Positions 7,873-16,739 of a DNA stretch of 40,000 nt are shown piece after piece. Positions within the stretch are counted from its first letter, which is position 1; the number at the start of each line of letters is the position of its first letter. The position numbers and the translations under genes are program-made. The DNA is taken from NCBI GenBank assembly GCA_944391825.1, contig CALXUZ010000001.1, positions 9,296-49,295 of the forward strand, given 5' to 3'. Under the pieces are notes generated by a model, which was given only the letters and a program-made list of their open reading frames with translations, ran no database searches and was not told the DNA's origin. This DNA comes from an uncultured Clostridia bacterium (GTDB lineage Bacteria; Bacillota; Clostridia; TANB77; CAG-508).

Positions 7873-8597
7873 TTAGCGCTTTTCTCCTTTTCATCTAAAT
7901 TTTCAATTTTATAACCAACTCCCCAAATTACTTTTAGGTATTTGGGCTCTCTTGGGTTTATTTCTATTTTTTCTCTAATGTGCCTTATATGCACAGCAAT
8001 TATATTTTCTGCGCCATAGCTTTCTTCTTCCCATACATTTTCATAAATTTGCTCAATTGAATACACAATTCCTTTGTTCTTAGTCAAAAATTTCAAAATA
8101 TTGTATTCTGTAGGGGTTAGCTTTATCTCTTTTCCCTCTACTTCTACTTGTTTTGTATTGTCATTAATTATTAAATCACCTGAGTGATAAATATTATTGC
8201 CTTTTTCCACTTTATCTGCAATTGAACCTAAAGAAGTATATCTACGAATTTGTGAGTTTACTCTTGCAATTAGTTCTAATGGATTAAATGGTTTTGTAAT
8301 GTAGTCATCTGCACCATTATTTAGTCCTGTAATTTTGTCATAATCTTCTGATTTGGCAGAAAGCATTATAATCGGAACTTTTTTATCCTTTCTTATTAGG
8401 TTTGCTGTGCTAATTCCATCTAATTTTGGCATCATAATATCTAATAATATTAAGTGAATATCATCATTTTCCTTAACAATTTTAAGGGCTTCCATGCCAT
8501 TATATGCTTTTAAAACATTGTACCCTTCCTTAGTCAAATAAATTTCAATTGCATTTACAATCTCCTTATCATCATCTACTACTAAAATGTTATACAT
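7869..8597 (-). CDS. OmpR/PhoB-family response regulator
   Basis: The receiver carries VVDDD...LILLDIMMPKLDG...ITKPF. The C-terminal winged helix carries LTPTEYNILKFL...VWGVGYK. An AAAGGAG RBS precedes the start. Confidence 0.9.
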   Translation of the reverse strand: MYNILVVDDDKEIVNAIEIYLTKEGYNVLKAYNGMEALKIVKENDDIHLILLDIMMPKLDGISTANLIRKDKKVPIIMLSAKSEDYDKITGLNNGADDYITKPFNPLELIARVNSQIRRYTSLGSIADKVEKGNNIYHSGDLIINDNTKQVEVEGKEIKLTPTEYNILKFLTKNKGIVYSIEQIYENVWEEESYGAENIIAVHIRHIREKIEINPREPKYLKVIWGVGYKIENLDEKEKSAK

Positions 8598-8629
8598 ATG
8601 CTACTCCTTTATTTTTAAACTTCCCTTTT

Positions 8630-8638
8630 ATTATATCA
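8630..8638 (-). promoter_or_regulatory. Possible extended -10 element (TGATATAAT) for the two-component operon
   Basis: The minus strand reads TGATATAAT about 30 nt upstream of the RR start. There is no good -35 hexamer. Confidence 0.3.
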
Positions 8639-8705
8639 TTTTTGACACAATTAGTATAGCATGAATTTATTAAGAAAAAAGTTATTAAATTATTAATATT
8701 TCCTT

Positions 8706-8742
8706 AAAAATAAGCAAAGCGAATTTTGCTTTGCTTATTTTT
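8706..8742 (-). terminator. Rho-independent terminator after the AAA ATPase gene
   Basis: 11-bp stem ATAAGCAAAGC / GCTTTGCTTAT, followed on the minus strand by TTTTT. It lies a few nt after the stop codon at 8747. Confidence 0.65.
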
Positions 8743-8746
8743 CTTA

Positions 8747-10039
8747 TTATATACAAAATACTGCATATAAAGGAACTGATTTTATATTATTCTCAAATCC
8801 AAAGTTTTTTTCTGAAATTCTAATTGCATATTCAGTGTTATATGTTTTCATATATAAATCCAAGCTTCTTGATTTAGTGTGTATACTAGTTTTTACTTCA
8901 ATTGGTATTATATTTAAATCTTTTTGTATTACAAAATCCAATTCTGCCTTTCCTTCAGATTCCCAATAATATGGCTCATATCCTTTTTTAATTAGTTCAT
9001 TTGCAACATAGTGTTCTGTGAGTGGCCCCATTGAAATCATTGTTGGAGGTGTACTTAAATCTATTTGATATAATGGATATCTAGCTTTATTCACAAATAA
9101 TCCAACATCACTCATATATAATTTAAATGAAGATAAGTCTTTATGCATTTCAAGTGGTAACTCTGGAGTAACTTTATATATTTGATTAACTATTCCACTA
9201 TTTTTAAGCCACAATATTGCTTCACCAAATATACTAGATGTAGCTCCCTTTGAAATTACTTTATATTGAAATTTTTGATTATCTTTTGCAAGCTGTACAG
9301 GTATTGAGTCAAATGCTGATATTATTCTATTTGACAAACTATTATCTGCATATTTAGTCATATCACTTTTATAATCTGACAATATTTCTGCTTGAATATC
9401 TATACTAGAAATTACCTTTTGCTCATCTAAATATGTTTGCACAACTTCTGGCATGCCACCGATTACAAGATATATTCTATATAGTTTCAAACATAATTCG
9501 TGTATATCATTATCCATCCTCTCATCATTTTCAAAATGTTTTTTTATCTCATCAATTAAATTTTCTCTACCCACTGCAATTAAAAATTCTTTAAAAGATA
9601 TTGGATACATTGTAAGTGTTTGCACTTTGCCCACTGGAAAAGAATAATTATCCCTGTTCATAGTTATTCCTAGCAATGAACCTGCTGCTATTATATGATA
9701 CTCGTTTGCATCTTCGCAAAAATATTTTAGTGAGGTTAATGCCCTTTCATTGTCTTGTATTTCATCAAAGAAAATTAAAGTTTTGCCTGGAATTATTTTT
9801 TCACCATAAAATAATTCTAGCTTATTTATTATATATTTTGCATCTATTGTTTCTTCTATTTGTGAACTCATCTCTTTATTAGTCTGAAAATTAACATATA
9901 TTAAATTATCATAATATTTTTTTCCAAATTCCTTTATTATATATGTTTTACCTACTTGTCTAGCACCATGGATAATTAAAGGTTTTCTTTTATCTGATTT
10001 TTTCCATTTTATCAAATCATTTATAATTTCTCTTTCCAT
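8747..10039 (-). CDS. AAA+ ATPase of the COG1373 / DUF4143 type
   Basis: 430 aa with Walker A GARQVGKT and Walker B LIFFDEIQ. The C-terminal region (ELDFVI...IPIEVK) looks like a restriction-endonuclease-like fold. Family assignment is from memory of this common architecture. Confidence 0.8.
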   Translation of the reverse strand: MEREIINDLIKWKKSDKRKPLIIHGARQVGKTYIIKEFGKKYYDNLIYVNFQTNKEMSSQIEETIDAKYIINKLELFYGEKIIPGKTLIFFDEIQDNERALTSLKYFCEDANEYHIIAAGSLLGITMNRDNYSFPVGKVQTLTMYPISFKEFLIAVGRENLIDEIKKHFENDERMDNDIHELCLKLYRIYLVIGGMPEVVQTYLDEQKVISSIDIQAEILSDYKSDMTKYADNSLSNRIISAFDSIPVQLAKDNQKFQYKVISKGATSSIFGEAILWLKNSGIVNQIYKVTPELPLEMHKDLSSFKLYMSDVGLFVNKARYPLYQIDLSTPPTMISMGPLTEHYVANELIKKGYEPYYWESEGKAELDFVIQKDLNIIPIEVKTSIHTKSRSLDLYMKTYNTEYAIRISEKNFGFENNIKSVPLYAVFCI

Positions 10040-10066
10040 AAACTTAATTTTCCCTCCTTAAGAAAA

Positions 10067-10095
10067 ATTATACTGGATAAGTTCCAAAATGTCAA
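10067..10095 (-). promoter_or_regulatory. Consensus sigma-A promoter of the AAA ATPase gene
   Basis: The minus strand reads TTGACA (10095-10090), a 17-nt spacer, then TATAAT (10072-10067). AGGAGG and the ATG at 10039 follow. Confidence 0.6.
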
Positions 10096-10190
10096 ATATA
10101 TTTATGACTTTTTCGAACTTATCTGTCAGTGTTGTTAATTTTATGAACTGTATTCTAATACATCTTAGATTTGCAATATAAAAGAAATTC

Positions 10191-11306
10191 CTAATTTCGA
10201 TAATCCACATATTCTTCTATTAATAATTTAATTACTGTAAATATTGGTACTGCTAGGAACATACCCAATACACCAAAGTATGCTCCACCAATAGTTACTG
10301 CAAAAATCACTAATAATGGGTTAATAGATAATGAATGGCCTATTATTTTTGGGTTTATAATATTTGCATCTATTTGCTGGAGTATAATTACTATTACTGC
10401 CATTAAAATTGCTTGACCTAATCCACCTGTAAATATTGTAACAATTATTGCAATTATTACCGCAATAATTGCACCAAAATATGGAATTAGATTAAATAGA
10501 CCTATCATAAAGCCTAATAGCACAGAATATCTTACGCCTATAATTGACATTGCAATAGATGTTAAAACTCCAATCACAAATGCATCTAACACTTGCCCAC
10601 CTATAAAGCTAAAAAATACTTCATTTGATTTATTAAAATATTTTGCCACCATTTTATATGTATCTTTAGTAAATATTGCACGTGCTAATTTCTTAAAGAA
10701 AGCTAGTATTCTGCTTCTGCCTGCTAATAAATATATTGAAACTATGAAAGATACAAATATGTTAAATACACTATTTACAACATTTATAGCACCCTTTACA
10801 TATTCTGTTAATCTTTCCATATTTAAATATTGTTTTAAATCAATATTTTGTATACTTTGGATTAAATCTTTTATAACTTCATTTTTCCAAACCGAATCTT
10901 CTGGCAAAGCATTATATGTTTCCATGGTTGAATTATAATAATTTCCAAAATTATTAATAAAATCCGTAATACTTCTAGTTATATTTGGAATAACAAAATT
11001 TAAAGCTATAATTACTAATAATATTGCAATAATATACACTGTAATAATAGATAGCCCTCTTGCTCTTTTTGCTATTATTTTAGGTTTTTTTAGTTTTCTA
11101 TATGCACTTTCAACTTTTCTACAAGGAATATAGAATAAATATGCAATTAGAACACCAATAATAAATGGCATTAATACATTAAATAGATTAGAAAACCACT
11201 CTCCAATTTGTGTAAAATTATCCAATAATTTATAAACTAGAATAATTGCTAAGCCTAAGCTAAACCAATAAAGCCATTTGCTAAAGCCTTTTTTCTTTTC
11301 TTCCAT
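10191..11306 (-). CDS. AI-2E family transporter (PerM/UPF0118-like permease)
   Basis: 371-aa polytopic membrane protein. The C-terminal segment ...NPLLVIFAVTIGGAYFGVLGMFLAVP... is typical of the family. Confidence 0.85.
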   Translation of the reverse strand: MEEKKKGFSKWLYWFSLGLAIILVYKLLDNFTQIGEWFSNLFNVLMPFIIGVLIAYLFYIPCRKVESAYRKLKKPKIIAKRARGLSIITVYIIAILLVIIALNFVIPNITRSITDFINNFGNYYNSTMETYNALPEDSVWKNEVIKDLIQSIQNIDLKQYLNMERLTEYVKGAINVVNSVFNIFVSFIVSIYLLAGRSRILAFFKKLARAIFTKDTYKMVAKYFNKSNEVFFSFIGGQVLDAFVIGVLTSIAMSIIGVRYSVLLGFMIGLFNLIPYFGAIIAVIIAIIVTIFTGGLGQAILMAVIVIILQQIDANIINPKIIGHSLSINPLLVIFAVTIGGAYFGVLGMFLAVPIFTVIKLLIEEYVDYRN

Positions 11307-11362
11307 ATATACCCCTCTTTCTTTATTTCATTTTATGGACGTTAGTTTAACTTACCCTAATG

Positions 11363-12124
11363 CTAAATTATTAACCCTACTGGGCAATGGTCACTACCTA
11401 CTACTTTATCATATATTATACTTTCTTTTATTTCTCCTTCAATTGATTTTGATACAATAAAATAATCAATTCTCCAGCCAACATTTTTTTCTCTTGCATG
11501 GAACATGTATGACCACCAAGTGTAACAATTTTCTTTTTCTGGGTATAAATATCTAAAGCTATCTGTAAAGCCTGCAGATAGTAGCTCAGTCATTTTTCCT
11601 CTTTCTTCATCTGTAAAGCCTGCATTTCTATGGTTTGTTTTAGGATTTTTCAAATCTATTTCTTCGTGTGCTACATTAAGATCTCCACAATATATTACAG
11701 GCTTTATCTTATCCAAAGATACTAGATATGCTCGGATTTCATCTTCCCATTTCATGCGGTAATCTAGTCTTTCTAATTCTCTTTTTGAGTTTGGTGTATA
11801 GCAATTTACTAAATAAAATCTTTCAAATTCTAGTGTGATTATTCTTCCTTCTTGGTCGTGTTCTTCTTTACCTATTCCATATGTCACATTAATTGGCTTT
11901 ACTTTAGTAAATACTGCTGTTCCAGAATATCCTTTTTTTACAGCACTATTCCAATAGCTGTAATATCCGTTAAAAACACTTTGTATCTCCAAATCTATCT
12001 GGTCTTCCTGCATTTTAGTTTCTTGAATACAAAATATATCACTATCAATTTCTTTAAAGAAATCCTTAAAGCTTTTTTTTAATACTGCTCTTAATCCATT
12101 TACATTCCAAGATATTAGTTTCAT
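11363..12124 (-). CDS. xth: Exodeoxyribonuclease III (AP endonuclease, EEP superfamily)
   Basis: MKLISWNVNGLRA, CIQETK, GDLNVAH and GSDHCPV motifs are present. Length is 253 aa. Confidence 0.9.
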   Translation of the reverse strand: MKLISWNVNGLRAVLKKSFKDFFKEIDSDIFCIQETKMQEDQIDLEIQSVFNGYYSYWNSAVKKGYSGTAVFTKVKPINVTYGIGKEEHDQEGRIITLEFERFYLVNCYTPNSKRELERLDYRMKWEDEIRAYLVSLDKIKPVIYCGDLNVAHEEIDLKNPKTNHRNAGFTDEERGKMTELLSAGFTDSFRYLYPEKENCYTWWSYMFHAREKNVGWRIDYFIVSKSIEGEIKESIIYDKVVGSDHCPVGLII

Positions 12125-12145
12125 TTTTTCCTCCGATTATATATT

Positions 12146-12179
12146 TTTAAAAAAGCTTCCGATACCTGGAAGCTTTTTA
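12146..12179 (-). terminator. Rho-independent terminator after the wall-hydrolase gene
   Basis: Stem AAGCTTCC / GGAAGCTT (12153-12160 / 12168-12175), flanked by A and T runs. Confidence 0.65.
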
Positions 12180-12188
12180 TTTCTAATA

Positions 12189-13193
12189 TTACATAGCATT
12201 AAAATATACGTTACCACCTATATTTACACCTGATGCACAACCAGCAGCACGGAATGATAAGTAATTGTGGTTTCTTTTACCATTTAAAGCATCTATTACT
12301 GCTTGCTTAACAGCAGATGAATAATTTCCGTTTAATCTCTTTTTCCAGTGTGTATCTATTGAATAACAGAACTGACCTTTTGCCATATATTGACTCAATG
12401 GGTCTTTACCGTTATATGCCCATTTGCTACTTTCTGCCCTGTTACATGCACATGTTATAACTGCTAATGCACCATTATAACTTGAACTACACTCTTGAGC
12501 TGTAATAGCACATAATAAGTCTAATTCTGCCTCTGAGTAACTCCATTTTCCTGCATAAGTAATTCTTGTTGAACCTCTTGAAGTCACCTGTTGCTTATTT
12601 CTAACTTCTACAATTTTATCAATTGGTTCTTTGATAATTTTAGAAGAAATTTCTGTTTTTTCTATTTCTTTATCATTTTGATATTTTACTTTATAAGTAA
12701 CTTCTTTTAAACCATCTACACCATATTGTACAATTTTATCTTGTTTTGTTCCAGAACCAGTTGCAACGTTTTTAGTAATTGTTTCATATGGGATTTTAAC
12801 TTTTTCTACAACTATTTTTTCAACAATTGTATCATAGCTTGCTAATATTTCTTCTGCTGTAATATTATCTGAAGTCTCGATTGTTTCTGCAACTTCAATT
12901 TCTTCTTCTGATAATTTTGAAATTTTAATTGTTTTATTATCTGGTAACTCAGATTCTAAATCTGGTACTACTTTTTCGTCATCTAATAAAATAATGTGGT
13001 TTTCATCAAGTATCTCTGAAATAGTTGTTTTGCTTGTTACAACGTTCATTTCATATCCACTAGCTAAGACTATTTTTACATTTTTAAATGTAACATTTCC
13101 AGCTGTTACAGTAGCCATCATGATAAAAATAAAGATTAAGCTAATGCATAGAATTTTTCTCAGCGATATTGATGCTTTATCATCATTTTTCAT
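12189..13193 (-). CDS. Membrane-anchored DUF348-G5-SleB/CwlJ-like cell wall hydrolase
   Basis: The track ORF runs to 13271, but the ATG at 13193 follows AAAGGAGGG while the 13271 start has no RBS. The protein has a TM anchor, a DUF348-like segment (VKIVLASGYEMNVVTSKTTISEILDEN..) and a G5-like segment (IPYETITKN...VQYGVDGLKEVTYKVKY). The C-terminus resembles the SleB catalytic domain (DLLCAITAQECSSSYNGALAVITCACNRAES...GQF...AVIDALNG). Confidence 0.75.
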   Translation of the reverse strand: MKNDDKASISLRKILCISLIFIFIMMATVTAGNVTFKNVKIVLASGYEMNVVTSKTTISEILDENHIILLDDEKVVPDLESELPDNKTIKISKLSEEEIEVAETIETSDNITAEEILASYDTIVEKIVVEKVKIPYETITKNVATGSGTKQDKIVQYGVDGLKEVTYKVKYQNDKEIEKTEISSKIIKEPIDKIVEVRNKQQVTSRGSTRITYAGKWSYSEAELDLLCAITAQECSSSYNGALAVITCACNRAESSKWAYNGKDPLSQYMAKGQFCYSIDTHWKKRLNGNYSSAVKQAVIDALNGKRNHNYLSFRAAGCASGVNIGGNVYFNAM

Positions 13194-13411
13194 AAGATAT
13201 TTGTTCCCTCCTTTAAAAGCAACAATTGTATTATACCATTTTTTAGAAGGTTTGTCAAATTTTTGTAACATTTCTGTAATACTACGGCTAGTTGCTTTTC
13301 AAGATTTGGGTGTTTTTTTAAGCTTTTGTAAATCCCCATATTACATTATATGCGAGCTTGTACAAAAATATGTCAATTTTGACGAAAATTTTTGGCAAAA
13401 AATTATTATAG

Positions 13412-13571
13412 ACCCACAATAGTATTATGAAAGTGCAGTCCGCGCAGGCGGAGCGTTAGCGTAGTTTTAGAGCCTTCCACCTACCAAACCTTGTCAAAAA
13501 ATATAAAATATTTTTTTGACATATGGCTGGAAGGCGACAGCAAGGACAAACGATATAATACAATTGTGGGT
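13412..13571 (-). repeat. Intergenic repeat element, copy 2 (inverted relative to copies 1 and 3)
   Basis: The reverse complement aligns with copies 1 and 3 across the whole core. The terminal inverted repeat is ACCCACAATAGTATTAT / ATAATACAATTGTGGGT, with one mismatch. Confidence 0.8.
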
Positions 13572-13615
13572 ATATTATATTATTGCAAAATTTTGTAAAA
13601 AAATCTCCGTCCACA

Positions 13616-13645
13616 TTGACATTGATTTTTTTTCATAAATATGCT
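13616..13645 (+). promoter_or_regulatory. Possible lemA promoter
   Basis: TTGACA (13616-13621), an 18-nt spacer, then TATGCT (13640-13645). The -10 is weak. Confidence 0.3.
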
Positions 13646-13681
13646 ATTATTGGATAAAATATTAATAAAGGAGTGAATAAT

Positions 13682-14239
13682 ATGTGGTGGATTATACTTA
13701 TAGCTATTGTTGTTATTCTAATTATTGCAGTTATTGCTATTTACAATAATTTAGTAACATTAAGGCAACGTGTAAAAAATGGTTGGAGCCAAATTGATGT
13801 GCAACTTCAAAGAAGATTTGATTTAATCCCAAATTTAGTTGAAACTGTAAAAGGCTATATGACACACGAAAATGAAACTTTTGAAAAAATTGCTGAGCTT
13901 CGTAGTGCTTGGGCAAATGCTAATTCTGTAGATGAAAAGGCACTTTTAGATAATCAATTATCTGATACTTTAAAATCTATTATGGCACTTGCTGAAAATT
14001 ATCCAGATTTAAAGGCTAACCAAAACTTTATGTCATTACAACAAGAATTAAGCAACACTGAGGATAAAATCTCATATTCAAGGCAATTTTACAATGATAC
14101 TGTTACACGCTATAACACAAAATTAGAACTATTTCCTTCTAATTTTATAGCTTCTATTTTCCATTTTGAAGCAGAGCCTTTATTTGAAGTAGAAGAAACA
14201 GCAGCAAGGAAAAATGTAAAAGTAGATTTCAATAAGTAA
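13682..14239 (+). CDS. lemA: LemA family membrane protein
   Basis: The ATG at 13682 lies 8 nt after AAGGAG, whereas the track starts at a GTG at 13673. The protein has an N-terminal TM and the signature [33 protein letters not shown]. Confidence 0.85.
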   Translation: MWWIILIAIVVILIIAVIAIYNNLVTLRQRVKNGWSQIDVQLQRRFDLIPNLVETVKGYMTHENETFEKIAELRSAWANANSVDEKALLDNQLSDTLKSIMALAENYPDLKANQNFMSLQQELSNTEDKISYSRQFYNDTVTRYNTKLELFPSNFIASIFHFEAEPLFEVEETAARKNVKVDFNK

Positions 14240-14242
14240 ACT

Positions 14243-14276
14243 AAAAAATCCAACTCTTTTCGAGCTGGATTTTTTG
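14243..14276. terminator. Bidirectional terminator between convergent lemA and tatD
   Basis: Stem ATCCAACTC / GAGCTGGAT (one mismatch), with an A-run on the left and a T-run on the right. Confidence 0.6.
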
Positions 14277-14307
14277 TTTCCAATTTTTCTTTTTCAGTAC
14301 AGCCTTT

Positions 14308-15090
14308 TTAATTTACAAATAGTTTCAGTGCGTTTTCATATGTTATTTTAGCAATTTCTGCTAATGGCATTTCTTTTACTTTTGCTATTTTTTCTGCCAT
14401 GTATTTTACATTTCTAGAGTCATTGCGTGTTCCTCTATGTGGCTCTGGTGCCAAATATGGGCTATCTGTTTCTATTAATATTCTATCTAGTGGCACAGCT
14501 TTTATGGCTTCATCTGCATTTTTGGAGTTTTTAAATGTAATTGGTCCTGCAAATGAAATATAAAATCCCAGCTTTAAACCTTCACGGATTAAATCTAAGT
14601 TTAGTGGAGAGCAGTGGAAAACTCCCTTTTTTATTGGTGTAATTTCATTTTTTAATATATCTAAAGTATCATATACTGCTTCTCTTGTGTGTATTATAAT
14701 TGGCAAATTTAGTTCATTTGCAAGTTCTATTTGCTTTTTAAAAGCATGCTTTTGTTCCCATTTATTTTCTTTATTCCAGTAGTAGTCTAAGCCAATTTCA
14801 CCAATTCCCACTACTTTCTTATTTTTAGCTAGTTCCTTTATTTCATTTAATTCTTTTGATAATACTTCATTAAAATTTTTGCCAGGTATGTCATTTGGCG
14901 AAATTCCAGCAGTTGCATATATATATTCATGTAAATTGGCAATATTTATAGCTTCTTTTGAAGAAGCTATATCATATCCTGCACAAATTAATTTTGTTAC
15001 ACCACTATCATAAATACTTTTTAGTATTTCTTCCCTATCTTCACTAAATTTTTCATCATTATAATGTGCATGTGAATCAAAAAATTGCAT
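14308..15090 (-). CDS. tatD: TatD-family metal-dependent hydrolase/DNase
   Basis: FDSHAHY, GEIGLDY, IIHTR, FHC and ETDSPYL motifs are present. Length is 260 aa. Confidence 0.9.
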   Translation of the reverse strand: MQFFDSHAHYNDEKFSEDREEILKSIYDSGVTKLICAGYDIASSKEAINIANLHEYIYATAGISPNDIPGKNFNEVLSKELNEIKELAKNKKVVGIGEIGLDYYWNKENKWEQKHAFKKQIELANELNLPIIIHTREAVYDTLDILKNEITPIKKGVFHCSPLNLDLIREGLKLGFYISFAGPITFKNSKNADEAIKAVPLDRILIETDSPYLAPEPHRGTRNDSRNVKYMAEKIAKVKEMPLAEIAKITYENALKLFVN

Positions 15091-15102
15091 TTTTTCCTCC
15101 TG

Positions 15103-15477
15103 TTATTCTTTAAATAGAATTGTAAAACTAGCAATTGCATATTCTGCTATATGTGAAAGGCTTAAATCCTTGCTTTCCACATTTTGCAAATTTAATTCTT
15201 TCAAATCTGCTATAGGTTTTCCATTTTCGACATTATAGATTTTTATTTTAGTCCACAAATCTTCTTTAATAGAGATTTCATCAGAAATAGCCTTGAATAT
15301 TGCCTCTTTTGCAGCAAATCTAGCTGCATAATGCTGATATTTCATTTTTCCTGTATTTTCACAAAATTCCGTTTCCTGCTCTGTATACACTTTATCTAAA
15401 AAGCTTTTTCCTTGCCTTTCTATTGCTTTTTTTATTCTTTCTACTTCTATTATGTCTATTCCAGTTTTAACTCTCAT
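15103..15477 (-). CDS. acpS: Holo-[acyl-carrier-protein] synthase
   Basis: 124 aa with GIDIIEVERI...FAAKEAIFKA. Confidence 0.9.
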   Translation of the reverse strand: MRVKTGIDIIEVERIKKAIERQGKSFLDKVYTEQETEFCENTGKMKYQHYAARFAAKEAIFKAISDEISIKEDLWTKIKIYNVENGKPIADLKELNLQNVESKDLSLSHIAEYAIASFTILFKE

Positions 15478-15486
15478 TTTGCACTC

Positions 15487-16719
15487 CTATTTACTAAATA
15501 CTACAAAAAGATTTATTATATTTAAAATAACCATTATTGCTATAACAAGCACAAGCCAGGTATTCCCTCTTTTTGTTTTTTCTATTTCATAATCTTTATA
15601 TAATAAATCATATTGCTGTTTTAGTTTATTAAAGGTTTCTTTCATATCTTGCTGCTCTGAATAGTATTTGTCCAAAATTTCTCCAGTTTCATCTCCTGTT
15701 ATTTCATAAATCCAATCTTTTTTAGCAAAATCTAAAAATTCATTTTTAATTTTTTTAAACTTTTTGTTTTGTTGCAATTTGTACATTAGTTTTTTTAGAT
15801 ATATTTTTTTGTATAGACTGAAAATGTAATGGTATAAGTGCTCATTTTCGTGTTCAAATGGTACTGTAGTATAGTTTTTAATATTATTATCACATGTAAA
15901 TAACACAGCTGAATTACTAGTAAAGCCGTAATATAAATATTTTTCCTTATATACATTTTTTTCTTTCAATATAATGTCTGGCAATTGTTCTTCTGCAGGT
16001 CTTATTTGCCTATATTTTTCAAATTCTTTTTCTACAAATTTTATATCTGTTTTCTCGTTCCACTCATTTTGATTTAAGCATACATATGAATATGTAATAA
16101 GCCTATCAGTATCTAAATTAATTTGCTTTGCCTCTATATTTGGTCCTGCAATTTCTTGGATAAATTCTGAAAATTTTTGCATATTGTCAAATTTTTTAGT
16201 CTGAATTTTTATTGCTTCATATTCTTTGCTATGTTCTGCTTTTGAATTTATATCCCTAAATTTGTAATTAAAATTTAACAAATCAGAAAACTGCTGACCT
16301 TCTGTTAATGCAGTTTTAAACAACAAGAAGCATACTCCAGTATTAAAACATATAATTTCTACTTTTGTAATATCAAAAAATATTCCGTTTCTTTCGCCTA
16401 TTTTACCTGGTATATCGCCACTCAATTCATATTCAAACATATTGCATGGCTTTTTACTTAATAATGTGGCTTGCATTTTTTTGTCCATGTCATCATAATC
16501 TTTTATCCCTTTTTTAGAAGTATCTAAAGACCAAAACATTTTGTCTTTTATCTCAGGCAAAAAATATTTATCTATTCCTACATCTTTTTTTCTATCAAAT
16601 AATTTTAATTTACATTTTGGATTTTTCAGTAAAGTATAAATATGTGGCTTATATTCATTTTCTTCTATAAGATATGGATATATAAAGTATGTATATTGGT
16701 ATTTCAACTTAAAGTCCAT
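15487..16719 (-). CDS. Hypothetical protein with a coiled-coil region and a single C-terminal TM helix
   Basis: 410-aa ORF with an RBS, tightly packed between the WG-repeat gene and acpS. The C-terminus is ...KRGNTWLVLVIAIMVILNIINLFVVF. I recognised no diagnostic motif, and the loose resemblance to RMD1/YagE (DUF155)-type proteins is unverified. Confidence 0.7.
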   Translation of the reverse strand: MDFKLKYQYTYFIYPYLIEENEYKPHIYTLLKNPKCKLKLFDRKKDVGIDKYFLPEIKDKMFWSLDTSKKGIKDYDDMDKKMQATLLSKKPCNMFEYELSGDIPGKIGERNGIFFDITKVEIICFNTGVCFLLFKTALTEGQQFSDLLNFNYKFRDINSKAEHSKEYEAIKIQTKKFDNMQKFSEFIQEIAGPNIEAKQINLDTDRLITYSYVCLNQNEWNEKTDIKFVEKEFEKYRQIRPAEEQLPDIILKEKNVYKEKYLYYGFTSNSAVLFTCDNNIKNYTTVPFEHENEHLYHYIFSLYKKIYLKKLMYKLQQNKKFKKIKNEFLDFAKKDWIYEITGDETGEILDKYYSEQQDMKETFNKLKQQYDLLYKDYEIEKTKRGNTWLVLVIAIMVILNIINLFVVFSK

Positions 16720-16739
16720 CTTTTGTTTCCCTCTTTTCT

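Noticed and set aside
12994-13422. 142-aa plus-strand ORF spanning the 5' end of the wall-hydrolase gene and running into repeat copy 2
   Set aside because: It is antisense to a well-supported gene, has no RBS, and crosses a promoter region and a non-coding repeat.
13461-13475. GTAGTTTTAGAGCC in repeat copy 2 resembles the start of a type II-A CRISPR repeat (GTTTTAGAGC...)
   Set aside because: It is a single occurrence. Copies 1 and 3 read GTTCTAGAGCC instead. There is no array of spaced repeats and no cas genes, so I take it as coincidence.
13527-13548. GGCTGGAAGGCGACAGCAAGGAC in the repeat core is reminiscent of the GGAAGCAGCC region of SRP (4.5S) RNA
   Set aside because: The resemblance covers only a few bases. 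The rest of the SRP domain IV symmetric and asymmetric loop pattern is absent. An essential single-copy RNA would not occur as three diverged copies with different closing stems.
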